IMG/VR virus record: IMGVR_UViG_3300042914_003776
Location: 1-64,000 of that record
From: an uncultured virus (IMG/VR IMGVR_UViG_3300042914_003776)
Lineage: Duplodnaviria > Heunggongvirae > Uroviricota > Caudoviricetes
Length of the DNA: 64,000 bases
Direction: 5' to 3' (one strand)
In this document: in pieces, positions 20,634 to 31,329 of the stretch
Layout: each line of letters starts with the position of its first letter
How positions within the stretch are numbered: the stretch's first letter is position 1
The notes under the pieces: model-generated
The model's input: only the letters and a program-made list of their open reading frames with translations
Database searches by the model: none
Told to the model about the DNA's origin: nothing
Position numbers and translations under genes: made by a program

Positions 20634-21551
20634 CTAATCTTCTACTGGCGCATTAGATCGCCATTGCCTACAGCTCCAGTACCGCGCTTTCCATTTTGGC
20701 CCCGGGCTTGTATCACACTTATGCCTTGCTCTAAACGATTTTCTGCGTTCTGGATCATCTCTCTTAATAGATAAATTTTTATCGCCAAATCTTACAACTA
20801 CAACGTTGCCGCTTTCATTCTTAGTGTATACGGCAAACTTCTTTGGGCCCTTCGGAGTACGGAATGGTTTATTTAAAGTTACTTTACGGCCCTGATATTC
20901 GGCTGAATAAGACTCTTCTGGGCTTTCTGTCTCATCTTCTTCATCGGTTTCTGGCTTGTAATATGAAACAAAGTCAAAGATATTTTGAATGTAGATTTCT
21001 GCCTTGGAAACCATATCAGTTGTCCATTCTTCAAGCTCTATATCCATCATTTCCATTTTTTGCACAACCATCATTAGCTGATCGTGCATCTTTTTGATTT
21101 GCTCCTTGGCCATATCTGAACCAGACTGAGCCTTCTTCCAAGCCTCTGGGTCTGGACGATCTTTGTCGCCCGGCTTAGCTGGCTTGTACTTTTTGCCCAT
21201 TCTTTCTTTTTTCTTACGAATATTTTCCCAAAGACTAGCGACTGATACTTCTTCGGTTTTTTCGCCAAAATCCTCATATTCACTATCTTCCGGAATATAA
21301 AGATTTGCTTCAGTAAGTTCTTCCTCAAACCCCAATTCAATATCTTCTAAATGTTTTTGGCAGCAATGGGCAAAGTCTGCTTTTTCTAAAAGGCTTTCTT
21401 CTGATCCTTCTGCTTTATCTTTATTTCTAAAAGTTGATAGACACATGGCCACTTTTTGCTCATTTGGACGATCTTCATTCGCCAAAAAGGTCATGCACCT
21501 GCTCATATACTCTGGTTCTTTTTCATTTTTTTTAGGGCTTGGTAATGGCAT
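20634..21551 (-). CDS. conserved phage protein, multi-module
   Basis: C-terminal AEYQGRKVTLNKP...RRKSFRARHKC...ARYWSC module familiar from large myovirus proteins. Confidence 0.6.
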   Translation of the reverse strand: MPLPSPKKNEKEPEYMSRCMTFLANEDRPNEQKVAMCLSTFRNKDKAEGSEESLLEKADFAHCCQKHLEDIELGFEEELTEANLYIPEDSEYEDFGEKTEEVSVASLWENIRKKKERMGKKYKPAKPGDKDRPDPEAWKKAQSGSDMAKEQIKKMHDQLMMVVQKMEMMDIELEEWTTDMVSKAEIYIQNIFDFVSYYKPETDEEDETESPEESYSAEYQGRKVTLNKPFRTPKGPKKFAVYTKNESGNVVVVRFGDKNLSIKRDDPERRKSFRARHKCDTSPGPKWKARYWSCRQWRSNAPVED

Positions 21552-21721
21552 ATAAGTCTTCCTCTACATCTAATTCTAAGGGTTTTGTTTGTATAAAATC
21601 ACAATCAGGACATTTAAAAAGAAAAAGCCTACCATCTATAGTATCAAAAATATCATAGATTTTGCAATTGTTTTCTTCTTTATATTGTTTACACACTTCA
21701 CAATAAAAACCATAACACATC

Positions 21722-22156
21722 CTATAGCTCCTTAATACAATCTATTAACATAGCGCCCGGGTCTGTATACTTACTTCTTTTTGCGAGTTTGATGACTACC
21801 TTTTTAGCATCTTCTTTTTTATATTTAATTTTTACTAAACCATCTAAAACATCCTGCATAACTTTTTTATCAGTCAAGAATTGTACTGACTGCTTTTGGA
21901 TCTTTTTAGCTTTTTTCTGTGGCTCTAAGACATTTTTTGTGACCCAAGTTCTGGCTGAGCTATTTCCTTGCATTGCCTGCGAAATCGCTGTCTGCTTGAT
22001 TGATTCGTAGATATCTTGTTCATAGTAAGTATTATCTTCGGCGGTAGAATATAAAGATCTAACTATTTCCATGAAAAAATGAATAAACAAAGGTAGTAAC
22101 ATAAGTAAAACTAATAATACTACAAAGTTGTTATCGTAAGTGTTAGTGTGTTCCAT
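21722..22156 (-). CDS. membrane protein
   Basis: N-terminal TM helix. Confidence 0.55.
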   Translation of the reverse strand: MEHTNTYDNNFVVLLVLLMLLPLFIHFFMEIVRSLYSTAEDNTYYEQDIYESIKQTAISQAMQGNSSARTWVTKNVLEPQKKAKKIQKQSVQFLTDKKVMQDVLDGLVKIKYKKEDAKKVVIKLAKRSKYTDPGAMLIDCIKEL

Positions 22157-22217
22157 ATTACCTCAAAAAATAAGGGGCGATTTCTCACCCCTTATTATAC
22201 TATGTCAAGAAAGAAAG

Positions 22218-22586
22218 TCAAATCTTTTTTAGACGCCTGTTCTTAAAACTACAAGATATAGCATTTACAGATTCGTCTGTATTGGTAGGATCAATTTCAA
22301 ATACGCTAAATAATGCTGAATTTGTCCTACGTTCAATAAGCCGGGCATATCTAGTCCAATCCTTAAATTTGTATTTTACTACAACATCTTCATCAAAATC
22401 ATCATCTAGCTCAATTTCGATAATCTCTCCGATAAGATGTTTTGGATTTTTGATTGGCTTTAAAGGATTCGTAATTTTCTCCGCTTCTTTGCTTAAAAAG
22501 TAAGATTCTCTTTCTAATTTCCGATTCTGAATCCTCTTGGCCCGAATCTTTTTCATTTGGGCTTCTACTCTCTTGGCTCGCTCCAT
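22218..22586 (-). CDS. hypothetical protein
   Basis: 122 aa ORF. Confidence 0.5.
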   Translation of the reverse strand: MERAKRVEAQMKKIRAKRIQNRKLERESYFLSKEAEKITNPLKPIKNPKHLIGEIIEIELDDDFDEDVVVKYKFKDWTRYARLIERRTNSALFSVFEIDPTNTDESVNAISCSFKNRRLKKI

Positions 22587-22829
22587 TATGCCTTGATACT
22601 CCTGCGTTCTAGGGCTCGTCTAGCAAGCCTACGTGCATCCTCAACACCCTTGTCTCGCAACAATCCTCGTACCAATCCTCCGTGTGCAGTATTCTTATAG
22701 ACGGCATAAAGCTGTCTACCACTAACTGCCCCGTTGGCAAATTGCCTAAGAAGATTTACCTGAGTATTGTTGCCAGTCAAATCGTTCCAGTTCATAACAT
22801 ATCCCCTTTCAAAGAAACAAAAAAACACA

Positions 22830-22907
22830 GTATGGCGTGTTGGAATCGAACCAACCTATGAGCGCCTTATAAGAGCGCCGGATGCTACCAGCTTACCTTA
22901 CACCACA
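22830..22907 (-). tRNA. tRNA-Ile(UAU)
   Basis: TGTGGTG/CGCCATA acceptor, GCGCT-CTTATAA-GGCGC anticodon arm, GTTGG-TTCGATT-CCAAC T arm; one extra A before the 3' acceptor strand. Confidence 0.75.
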
Positions 22908-23078
22908 TGTTCTACTTATATTTTAACATCTTCTTGAAGAAAGTCAATACCTTTTCCCAAAAACTTTCAGGTTTTTCTTCTTGTTTTATATTTTTTACAA
23001 AATTATTATATGATGAATGATGTTTCTGAAAGCTCTTTTGGGCTTCCATAAACTGACTATCGCTCATGCCGGAATCTT

Positions 23079-23516
23079 TCATAGTTTAACTAGCTCCGGG
23101 TTTTGAAAAATGTTTCCAACTACAATAAAGCCTTTGTTATTAAAAGTTACGATATTACAGTCGTTATGTCCCCAATAAAGAGCGAGTCCACCAGCTTTCC
23201 ACTTTACTTCACACTGAATCCAATGTACCCTTTCCTCGTTGATACTAAACCCTCCACCGGACTTATATGGATATAAAACAATATCGCCTTCATAAATATC
23301 TTTTCCATCACGATCTTTAAGGCCGGTATATTGCTGAATAACAATGTCTTTCATTTGACAGTTTAAATTACTATGATTTTTTGTTTCTCTGTCATAAATA
23401 TAAACTTCACACCCTTCTCCAAAATCTTTTAAAGAAAGAATCGGGTCTTCTTCGGCCCAAGGGTCTAGCCAGCGGTTTTCTTTTTTGTGCCAGATTCTAA
23501 ATTTAAATTCTCTCAT
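23079..23516 (-). CDS. YopX-family protein
   Basis: MREFKFRIW...QYTGLKDRDGKDIYEGDIV...VVGNIFQNPEL. Confidence 0.92.
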   Translation of the reverse strand: MREFKFRIWHKKENRWLDPWAEEDPILSLKDFGEGCEVYIYDRETKNHSNLNCQMKDIVIQQYTGLKDRDGKDIYEGDIVLYPYKSGGGFSINEERVHWIQCEVKWKAGGLALYWGHNDCNIVTFNNKGFIVVGNIFQNPELVKL

Positions 23517-23796
23517 TTATTATAACCTTTCCTTTGACCCAGTATTTTCCGTCATTATCATAGTACATGATATAAAATATATCATCAGAATCTGGCTTTA
23601 AAGCTATTCTAGTTTTATCTGAAGAACTATTCATTTTTGGATATGCCTTATCTAAAAACTCATACATTTCCATTAATGAATTTATTCCTTGATGGCATCC
23701 ATCATCTTTACTGCGTCGATCAAAAATGCTATATTTATAACCCTGTTTTGCATATTCTTTTGCAATCGTTTCTGTCCAATGTTCATATAATATCAT
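23503..23796 (-). CDS. hypothetical protein
   Basis: 97 aa ORF. Confidence 0.5.
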   Translation of the reverse strand: MILYEHWTETIAKEYAKQGYKYSIFDRRSKDDGCHQGINSLMEMYEFLDKAYPKMNSSSDKTRIALKPDSDDIFYIMYYDNDGKYWVKGKVIINERI

Positions 23797-24118
23797 CTAA
23801 ATCCCAAGCCTCTATAGTCTTTAATATTTTTTTACCCATAGCAATTCCTAGTTTATTGGGCTCAAATCTTGCTATTACAACATGATCTTTTCCAAGTAAA
23901 TGCGGGTCTAATTTTGTTAATTTTTTAACTTCTTTACGGCTTCCTTTTAACAGCATTAATTTTTTGCCATTAAATGTAGTACATCCATAATATTTTGCTA
24001 ATACGAGGCAAAAGTTTTTTAAAGGAGATTCAGTAATAGACTCAATAACAAACTTATATGGATCTGGATTGGGCGACTGAGTATTTGTAGCTGTATCACT
24101 AAATATTTTAATTCCCAT
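23783..24118 (-). CDS. hypothetical protein
   Basis: 111 aa ORF. Confidence 0.55.
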   Translation of the reverse strand: MGIKIFSDTATNTQSPNPDPYKFVIESITESPLKNFCLVLAKYYGCTTFNGKKLMLLKGSRKEVKKLTKLDPHLLGKDHVVIARFEPNKLGIAMGKKILKTIEAWDLDDII

Positions 24119-24119
24119 C

Positions 24120-24818
24120 TTAATATCCCCACGCCTCTAGCGTGTATTTAAATGGATTGCCCTCGATATTCTTAACGCACTCTAGCATTTTAGCAGCAAT
24201 TTCGCGGATTTCAAGTTGTGCCGCCTCATCCATGCGTAATTTTAGAAAATTTTCAAAACACGACATATTAGACATAATGCTTAGGGTTATTTGAGAGTTG
24301 TAAGTTTTAAAATATCTTGCCGACTCTTTGGCTCGCTTGCGACCAAGAACTGGCGTTAAATCTTCAAGGCATTTATGATACAAGCTATTGCCTAAAGCTG
24401 TATAGTCATTTAGTATATCTTCCCAAGTGTCATTTGTATAGTCATAACTAAAATCTCCAGAATATAAAGTATCTGGAAGTGAAGATGGTTTAATACTCCC
24501 CCAATCTTCCGGCAAATAATACTTATCTTCTTTCAACTCTTTATATCTTGCGCTTTCGCCGTTTACATTAAGTAGCCTGTGTTTTACGATATGAATGTGA
24601 CTTGCCACGCAGCAAGTAATATTAAATTCTACTATGCCTCTCTCAAAAGGGGTCTTATGGGGCTTGCCAGTTCCGTTATTCCAAAGTTTATTAACAAGCA
24701 AATCACGAATTTGCCCATCTGTTTTTTTATCAACATCGGCTTGTGTAGAAGTCCATGCTGCTCTAGCTATAGCTCTATCGCCGCCATACCACCCAATTAA
24801 TTCTACGCTATTATTCAT
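24120..24818 (-). CDS. thyX: FAD-dependent thymidylate synthase
   Basis: HKTPFE, KHR...NGESARY, ESARYF, FLKLR...AQLEIREIA. Confidence 0.92.
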   Translation of the reverse strand: MNNSVELIGWYGGDRAIARAAWTSTQADVDKKTDGQIRDLLVNKLWNNGTGKPHKTPFERGIVEFNITCCVASHIHIVKHRLLNVNGESARYKELKEDKYYLPEDWGSIKPSSLPDTLYSGDFSYDYTNDTWEDILNDYTALGNSLYHKCLEDLTPVLGRKRAKESARYFKTYNSQITLSIMSNMSCFENFLKLRMDEAAQLEIREIAAKMLECVKNIEGNPFKYTLEAWGY

Positions 24819-25045
24819 TATCGCTCCATTGTTTTTCTTTTAATACAACAATTATTAAATTTTTGACACACTGATCAAAATCGCCCGTTGGATTTTTCCA
24901 ATTTTCAAGCACATGATTCAAAACTTTTTTATCTAGTTTTTGAGATTCGGCATCTCTATCATATGAGCCCGTATTAGTCATATGTACATCTAAGGCACAG
25001 TCTAATATAGATCGCCCGTCTAAAGCTTTTTCAACCCACTGTGGT

Positions 25046-25516
25046 CTATACATCGTAATACCCATTCAAAAAATAATCTTCTACTTTATTTTTATATAAA
25101 TTTATTTGAATATTAGCTTCATGAAACATTTTTGTAGAAATTACAAACTCGTCATACCATCTTGTCTCTGGGACATAATAGGATACCACTCTTTTTATGC
25201 CAGCCTGAATAATCATACCAGCACAAACAGGACACGGCATAAATGGATAAGTATAAATTGTACAATCTTTCAGAGATTGCTTAGCAAATAATAAACTATT
25301 TCTTTCTGCATGTACAATATATTTGTACTTAATATCTCGGTTATTAAGTTTTTCAGGATCATCTTCAACCCCGCGAGGAAATCCGTTATATCCTAAAGAT
25401 ACAACAGTCCTATCGCTATCTATAATAACAGCCCCGACCTTAGTTGACGGATCTTTTGAGGCAGTTGAGACATATTCTGCCATGCCTAAGAACCATTTGT
25501 CCCACTTATAATCCAT
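25046..25516 (-). CDS. dCMP deaminase
   Basis: SKDPSTKVGAV, GYNG, HAERN, PCPVC. Confidence 0.95.
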   Translation of the reverse strand: MDYKWDKWFLGMAEYVSTASKDPSTKVGAVIIDSDRTVVSLGYNGFPRGVEDDPEKLNNRDIKYKYIVHAERNSLLFAKQSLKDCTIYTYPFMPCPVCAGMIIQAGIKRVVSYYVPETRWYDEFVISTKMFHEANIQINLYKNKVEDYFLNGYYDV

Positions 25517-26172
25517 AGTAAATTTCCATTGCTAATTAAATTTCCAGTCCTGTCTTCAATACATGAACCATTACTAAAAAAAGTATTAATCCCAGCCAAC
25601 TGTAGCATACCAGAATTTAGTACATGTGAAGAGTTATGAATGTGTCCAAATAGGTGTAACTGTGGTCTAATTTGGCCTATTCTTTTTAATAAATTTTTAC
25701 ATCCAGCCCTCTCTAATTCCATATGCATGGTCAAGTCCAATATTCCCATTGGTGGCCCGTGTGTAATTATAATATCTGTATCATCAGGAATCAAGTCCCA
25801 ATATTTATGAATTTTTGCTCTATCTACATTCCATGCCCAGTCTTTTCCAAATGTTGGTGTTTGTGGCGCTCCGTAAAATTTCACGCCATCAATTATAGCT
25901 TCTTGGTTCTCTAAATAAATAATTCCACTCGGTATTTGCTCGGGGAGAATTCTTTTATGAAAAATAGAAACATCATGATTGCCCGGCACCAAAATCTTAT
26001 ATTGAATATTTAGTGCCGAAAACCAATCCAGAAAAGACATAGTTTCATTATAGTTAATGTCTATGTTTCTAGAATTTGAAAAATCGCCCGAATGAACAAC
26101 AGCATCTACCTCATGTGGAATTTTTAACTCCCCATGTTTACAATGCGTATCGCTAATATGCCAAATTTTCAT
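25486..26172 (-). CDS. calcineurin-like metallophosphoesterase
   Basis: SDTH, GDF, GNHD, THGPP, FGHIH. Confidence 0.92.
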   Translation of the reverse strand: MKIWHISDTHCKHGELKIPHEVDAVVHSGDFSNSRNIDINYNETMSFLDWFSALNIQYKILVPGNHDVSIFHKRILPEQIPSGIIYLENQEAIIDGVKFYGAPQTPTFGKDWAWNVDRAKIHKYWDLIPDDTDIIITHGPPMGILDLTMHMELERAGCKNLLKRIGQIRPQLHLFGHIHNSSHVLNSGMLQLAGINTFFSNGSCIEDRTGNLISNGNLLWIISGTNGS

Positions 26173-26822
26173 TTTATAATCTTTTTAATACTAAAAATAT
26201 GACCCATTCTGCCCGGCCATGTAGATACTCTAAACTCTTTTTCTGAATTTGGAAGGACATTTTTTCTTATTTCAAATTTCTTATCTTTAAACCAAGTATT
26301 ACCACCCGATACAACCCCTATAACTTCTTTTTTACTATTTAAAACTGGGGAGCCTGATTCGCCAGATACGAAAAATACATCTGCAAAAATCTCGTTTTCA
26401 TCCATCGCAGAAACTTTGGTTCTTCTTATTCCTCTCGGAGAACATATAAAAATTTCTTCTTCTTCCTGTATTGTTTCTCCTAAAGAAATAGGGCTAATTT
26501 TATTGGGTGTCCATGATTTTAAAATAGCTACATCGGCTTTTTCATCTTTAGACACTAATGTAGAATTTGATACTGGTTGTCCATTTGTATATAATATGCT
26601 GTATGTTGAGCTACCTTCAACAACATGAGCAGCAGTCAATATAAGTGATCTATAGCCCTCGCCCAAAGCATGGGGTGCATCTTCAAGCTTTTTAATTACT
26701 ACCCCAGTTCCTTGCGCAACTCCCCCGCCCGGCATGTTAACACTAATTGTAACAAGAGATTCTTCTTGTGCAATTAAATTAAAAGCAAAAAGACTAAAAA
26801 ATAAAAATAGAATATACTTCAT
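26169..26822 (-). CDS. exported trypsin-like serine protease
   Basis: Signal peptide, LTAAHVV, DVAIL, GESGSP. Confidence 0.88.
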   Translation of the reverse strand: MKYILFLFFSLFAFNLIAQEESLVTISVNMPGGGVAQGTGVVIKKLEDAPHALGEGYRSLILTAAHVVEGSSTYSILYTNGQPVSNSTLVSKDEKADVAILKSWTPNKISPISLGETIQEEEEIFICSPRGIRRTKVSAMDENEIFADVFFVSGESGSPVLNSKKEVIGVVSGGNTWFKDKKFEIRKNVLPNSEKEFRVSTWPGRMGHIFSIKKIIK

Positions 26823-26833
26823 AATACATTTCC

Positions 26834-28096
26834 TTAAATAAGAATATCTTTAATTAATTTTCCATTATCAACAATTTCGATAGGTCTCGGGCCCGGGGCC
26901 AATAATTCTTTTTCTCCAACAATTCCTAATAAATGATACATCGTGTAAGCTAAATCTTCTGGGCTTGTTGGATTCATATCAGGGTCAGATGCAGTAGGAT
27001 CAGAAGAGCCATAAACCATTCCCTGCTTTATTCCGCCACCAGCAAGTAATACGCTAAAAACTTTTGGCCAATGATCGCGTCCAGCATCTTTGTTTACTTT
27101 TGGCGTTCTACCAAATTCGCTGGAGACCATTATCAATGTTTTACCTAGCATACCACGCTCCTCTAAATCTAATAGTAGAGTCGAAATAGCTTTATCTAAA
27201 GGAGGAAGTTGATTATTCATTCCGCCGGAGATGCCTGTGTGCATATCCCAGCCACCATATGTAACAGTCACCATTCTTACGCCAGCTTCAACTAGTCTTC
27301 TAGCTATTAGAAGTCTTTGACCCGCTTCATTTTTGCCATATCTTTCTTTAGTTTGATCATTTTCTAATTCTAGATTAAAAGCATCTCTTGCTTGAGCAGA
27401 ACTAATTAAATTATAAGCCTGTTCATAAAATTTGTCCATAGCCACGATTTTATCTGAATTGTGTTTAGATGAAAATTCTTTATTTAATAAATCAAGAGCC
27501 TCTCTTTTTTTGTTGAATCTATTAACTTCGTCTTGAGAATTTAAATCTAAAACTTTAAAATCCTTGCTTGCAGGATCGGAATTTAAGCTAAATGGCTTAT
27601 AAGAAGAGCTTAGATATCCATTATTAGCAAACTCATTTGGAGTATTTGGTACACAAACATATGGAGGCAAATTGTTTCTTGAGCCATATTCGTGACTAAT
27701 TACACTTCCGAAACTAGGATATGATAAAGCCGGGCTTGGCTTATACCCAGTAAACATATTATGGGTGCCTCGCTCATGAGCGGCTTCGCCGTGAGTCATT
27801 GACCTAATAAGAGTAAATTTGTCAGAAATATTAGCTAGCTGTGGCAATCGGCTTGAGAGTATATCGCCCGTTTTTGTTTTAATAACATTAACATCGCCCC
27901 TGTATTCTATTGGAGCAAATGGCTTAGGGTCAAAAGATTCTTGATGAGCTATTCCGCCCGGCAAAAAGATATGAATTACGCTTTCGGCTTTAGCTGGAAT
28001 AAAATCATATTTTTGTTGCTCTGATTTTAAATATAGTGCCTGAGCTAGATTAATACCGAAAAAACTACCAATCTGTAGAAAATTTCTTCTATACAT
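26834..28096 (-). CDS. DUF1501 domain protein
   Basis: Tat-like RRNFL, GGIAHQESFDPKP, ARRLVEAGVR, GWDMH, SEFGRTPKVN...GRDHWP. Confidence 0.92.
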   Translation of the reverse strand: MYRRNFLQIGSFFGINLAQALYLKSEQQKYDFIPAKAESVIHIFLPGGIAHQESFDPKPFAPIEYRGDVNVIKTKTGDILSSRLPQLANISDKFTLIRSMTHGEAAHERGTHNMFTGYKPSPALSYPSFGSVISHEYGSRNNLPPYVCVPNTPNEFANNGYLSSSYKPFSLNSDPASKDFKVLDLNSQDEVNRFNKKREALDLLNKEFSSKHNSDKIVAMDKFYEQAYNLISSAQARDAFNLELENDQTKERYGKNEAGQRLLIARRLVEAGVRMVTVTYGGWDMHTGISGGMNNQLPPLDKAISTLLLDLEERGMLGKTLIMVSSEFGRTPKVNKDAGRDHWPKVFSVLLAGGGIKQGMVYGSSDPTASDPDMNPTSPEDLAYTMYHLLGIVGEKELLAPGPRPIEIVDNGKLIKDILI

Positions 28097-28182
28097 AAAA
28101 GTCCTAATTAAAAGAGCTGTCTGCGGCTAATTCGCCCTTAATATCTTGGGCAAAACAAACTAATTATACTATAATAAATACA

Positions 28183-29403
28183 CTAATCAACTAATTCTGT
28201 GATTATTTTGCCACTATTTGCTATTTTCATAGGTCTTCCATCATTGGAAGTAAAATTTGTTTCTAGAGAAATATCAAGCGATTTAAGAACTGTCGCCATT
28301 ATATCTTGGGCAGAATAGGGTTCAGTGGCTACCGATGTTCCATCTTCGTTTGTAGAGCCGATTACTTGTCCGCCCTTAACTCCGCCGCCACCAAGCACTA
28401 CGCTCCAAGCTTTTGCATAGTGATCGCGTCCGGCATCGGTGTTAATGTTTGGAGTACGCCCAAACTCGCCCATCCACAAGATTGTGGTGTCTTGATAAAG
28501 ACCACGTTGATTTAAATCTTCTATTAAAGCACTCATGGCCTGATCCATGATTGGTAGCTTTTCTTCTAGTGTATTAAAAATATCCGCATGATTATCCCAG
28601 CCACCAAAATCTACCTCGATAAAAGGAGTACCGACTTCAACCAGACGGCGGGCCATCAAGCATCCTCGCCCAAAAGAATTATCGCCATATCTCTGTTTAA
28701 TTTTTTCTGGCTCTTTATCTATTTTGAATAGATTCATTTGATCGCTGGCAACAACTTTAACGGCACGGCCTAAAGTCTTTGAATGATCTTGAGGAAGAGA
28801 GCCTCTATTTTCTTTTATAAATCCTTTTTCTATAACCTCCAAAGCCCTTAGTCTCTGGATCATCCTTAATTCATCTACATTAAATTTTAAATCTCTAATA
28901 TTTCCATTTGAACCAACTACAAATGGAGAATAGCTAGCTCCTAAAAATCCCGGGCCAATACTGGCTCCTCCAATAGAAACAAATTGCGGTATTTCTAGTG
29001 CTGGATTATTTAACTGATTAGAAATTACAGAGCCATAACTTGGATGCTCCATAGTTGGAGAAGGTGCATATCCAGTATGTAAATAATATCTGCCCCTTGT
29101 ATGGTCGGCTTCTCTGGTGCTCATGCTTCTAACTATGCTTAGATTATGCATCTGTTTTGATAGAAGGGGCAAATGTTCGCAGATTTGAATGCCATCTGCC
29201 GATGTTGAAATAGGTTTAAACTTTCCTCCAGTCGGAGCATTTGGCTTCAAGTCCCATATGTCGATAGTGCTAGGCCCACCATTCATCCAAAGCAAAATAC
29301 ATGATTTATTTTTTTTCTTTATTTCATCCGCTTTTGCAAAAAGTCCAGAACCAACAAAACCAGAAGCCAAAATTAAATTATTTACAAATTCTCTTCTATT
29401 CAT
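28183..29403 (-). CDS. DUF1501 domain protein
   Basis: NRREF, GGPSTIDIWDLKP, ARRLVEVG, GWDNH, GEFGRTPNIN...GRDHY. Confidence 0.92.
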   Translation of the reverse strand: MNRREFVNNLILASGFVGSGLFAKADEIKKKNKSCILLWMNGGPSTIDIWDLKPNAPTGGKFKPISTSADGIQICEHLPLLSKQMHNLSIVRSMSTREADHTRGRYYLHTGYAPSPTMEHPSYGSVISNQLNNPALEIPQFVSIGGASIGPGFLGASYSPFVVGSNGNIRDLKFNVDELRMIQRLRALEVIEKGFIKENRGSLPQDHSKTLGRAVKVVASDQMNLFKIDKEPEKIKQRYGDNSFGRGCLMARRLVEVGTPFIEVDFGGWDNHADIFNTLEEKLPIMDQAMSALIEDLNQRGLYQDTTILWMGEFGRTPNINTDAGRDHYAKAWSVVLGGGGVKGGQVIGSTNEDGTSVATEPYSAQDIMATVLKSLDISLETNFTSNDGRPMKIANSGKIITELVD

Positions 29404-29875
29404 TTTTATTACCCTTGTTTTTTGTAGCATAACCCTTTTCGACCATAACATTTGATACATCGTCTAAAGAGCCATCTCCATCAACATCTTTATAAATATA
29501 TCCTAGTACTCTAGACATATTAACAGAATTTGAAATATTTCCATCAAAAGGCACTCTTACATGCACTTCATCATTTGGTTTTAATATTTTTTGTAAATAT
29601 TCTTTCGATTCTAATCCTCTGGCTTTTTCTTGCTGGTTTTTTGTTTTTATTTCAGGCGCCCAACAATCTACCATTCTTATATTTGCTCGGATTTTAAATT
29701 CTACTGTTACAGTATCTCCATCATAAACAGAAATTATTTTAGCCGGGGCATCAATAAATGTTTCTGTCTTAGAATAAGCTAATGTAAACCTTGTAGCTAC
29801 TACAAATAGCATAAACATAGCGCAATAACTAGAAATAATATTTAAGATTTGAGCAGCTACAAGTTTATATTTCAT
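29396..29875 (-). CDS. thermonuclease (SNase-like)
   Basis: VYDGDT, IRMVDCWAPE, RVLGYIY, MVEKGYA. Confidence 0.88.
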   Translation of the reverse strand: MKYKLVAAQILNIISSYCAMFMLFVVATRFTLAYSKTETFIDAPAKIISVYDGDTVTVEFKIRANIRMVDCWAPEIKTKNQQEKARGLESKEYLQKILKPNDEVHVRVPFDGNISNSVNMSRVLGYIYKDVDGDGSLDDVSNVMVEKGYATKNKGNKNE

Positions 29876-29877
29876 AT

Positions 29878-30858
29878 TTATTCCTCTTGAAAGATATCCG
29901 AGTTTGCCCGGGTCATTAGGGCTATAATATTTTGTCCGCTAGAAGTTTCCGATATAAAATGCACAGAGCCATCACATCTTAGGCTCATTATACCACCATT
30001 ATGAAAACTGTAAAGCTCACTATCGTTTGTACAATTCATGTTGCACTGTCCTACTATAGTAACAGCACCACTAGAAGAAGTGCCATTTTGTACGCCAATT
30101 TCGTTAGAACCATCTAAACTAAATCCATTGTTAATATCGGCCCAGCCCCATCCATCTCCAACAAAAGGCGTATTAAAAACTAAACCAGATTTTGGATTCT
30201 GTGATATTCTACTGCCTCTTCCATAGAAACTTGGTCTTCCGGAGCCCTCTGCCACAATTACTGTTTGGCTTGTTCCATCTAGAATCTGGCTCATTTTAAC
30301 GCCTTGAGGCCCTCTTGCAAGAGCACCAAAGACTTCTCTGGTATTTATTGATGGAAGCCCATTAGACACAAAGAATGAGTTTCTAACAGCATTCACGGAA
30401 CCATAATCGCTATAACCAAAAACCGGCTGACCATAAGTAATTCCTAAAGCAACATATAGGCTTTGAAAAGGAACTTCTCTGGTCGCTGGTGCTGTTGGGC
30501 ACAAATATGTAGGGATAGACTTAGTTGTAATTGGGGTATTTAAAGAATCAAACCAATTTACGCCATGATAATAATTGTTATATGCAGATGTTTGTTCAAT
30601 AAAAGGAAGAACCATTTTTTGCCAAGATTGCTGAAAAACCGGAGGCGAAACACTAATCCGGCTTGGCGGAAATAGTTTATATGTACTTTCGTAATTCAAT
30701 AAAGCTAATCCAATTTGCTTTAAGTTGTTGGAACATTGCATTCTGCGGGCTGCTTCTCTGGCTGCTTGAACTGCCGGAAGCAATAATCCCACTAAAACGC
30801 CAATAATTGCAATAACAACTAGAAGTTCAATCAATGTAAAACCATTCTTTTTTTTCAT
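29878..30858 (-). CDS. DUF1559 protein with prepilin-type N-terminal cleavage/methylation motif
   Basis: [47 protein letters not shown]...SFHNGG...DGSVHF. Confidence 0.95.
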   Translation of the reverse strand: MKKKNGFTLIELLVVIAIIGVLVGLLLPAVQAAREAARRMQCSNNLKQIGLALLNYESTYKLFPPSRISVSPPVFQQSWQKMVLPFIEQTSAYNNYYHGVNWFDSLNTPITTKSIPTYLCPTAPATREVPFQSLYVALGITYGQPVFGYSDYGSVNAVRNSFFVSNGLPSINTREVFGALARGPQGVKMSQILDGTSQTVIVAEGSGRPSFYGRGSRISQNPKSGLVFNTPFVGDGWGWADINNGFSLDGSNEIGVQNGTSSSGAVTIVGQCNMNCTNDSELYSFHNGGIMSLRCDGSVHFISETSSGQNIIALMTRANSDIFQEE

Positions 30859-31186
30859 TTTTTTTCTCCATATAAAAATAGTAAAGCGATATCTATAATT
30901 ACACTTTACAAATCATATGTTAAGAACTTAACCAAATCTTAACTTACTATCTTTATATGATCTTTAATCCAGTAAACAATGTCTATCACTTGCCAACAAC
31001 CAAGAAATACTAATATGATTAAAATAATGCAAATTAAATTTGCAATACAAAAATTGAAACATTCTTTGTCGGAGCACGATTTCATATAAAAAAATCCAAT
31101 AATAATAAGGATAAAACCAAAGATGCTAAACAGAGAGCATAAGCTACAAGTTGATTTGTATTTAGATTCATGCTATTTTCTTTAAA

Positions 31187-31250
31187 GGGCTGGGCGGGAT
31201 TTTACCCGCGAGTCTAGGCTTGTCACCCTGTCTAATACCGACTTCCAGCC
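31187..31250 (-). ncRNA. degenerate tRNA-like RNA
   Basis: GGCTGG/CCAGCC acceptor-like stem, GCGGG-TAAAAT-CCCGC T-like arm, imperfect anticodon arm. Confidence 0.4.
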
Positions 31251-31253
31251 AAA

Positions 31254-31325
31254 TAGGTCTGCCCAGAATTGAACTGAGACCAAATCCTTAGAAGAGATTT
31301 GTGCTATCCTTTACACCACAGACCC
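31254..31325 (-). tRNA. tRNA-Arg(UCU)
   Basis: GGGTCTG/CAGACCT, loop CTTCTAA, T loop TTCAATT. Confidence 0.9.
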
Positions 31326-31329
31326 GAAG

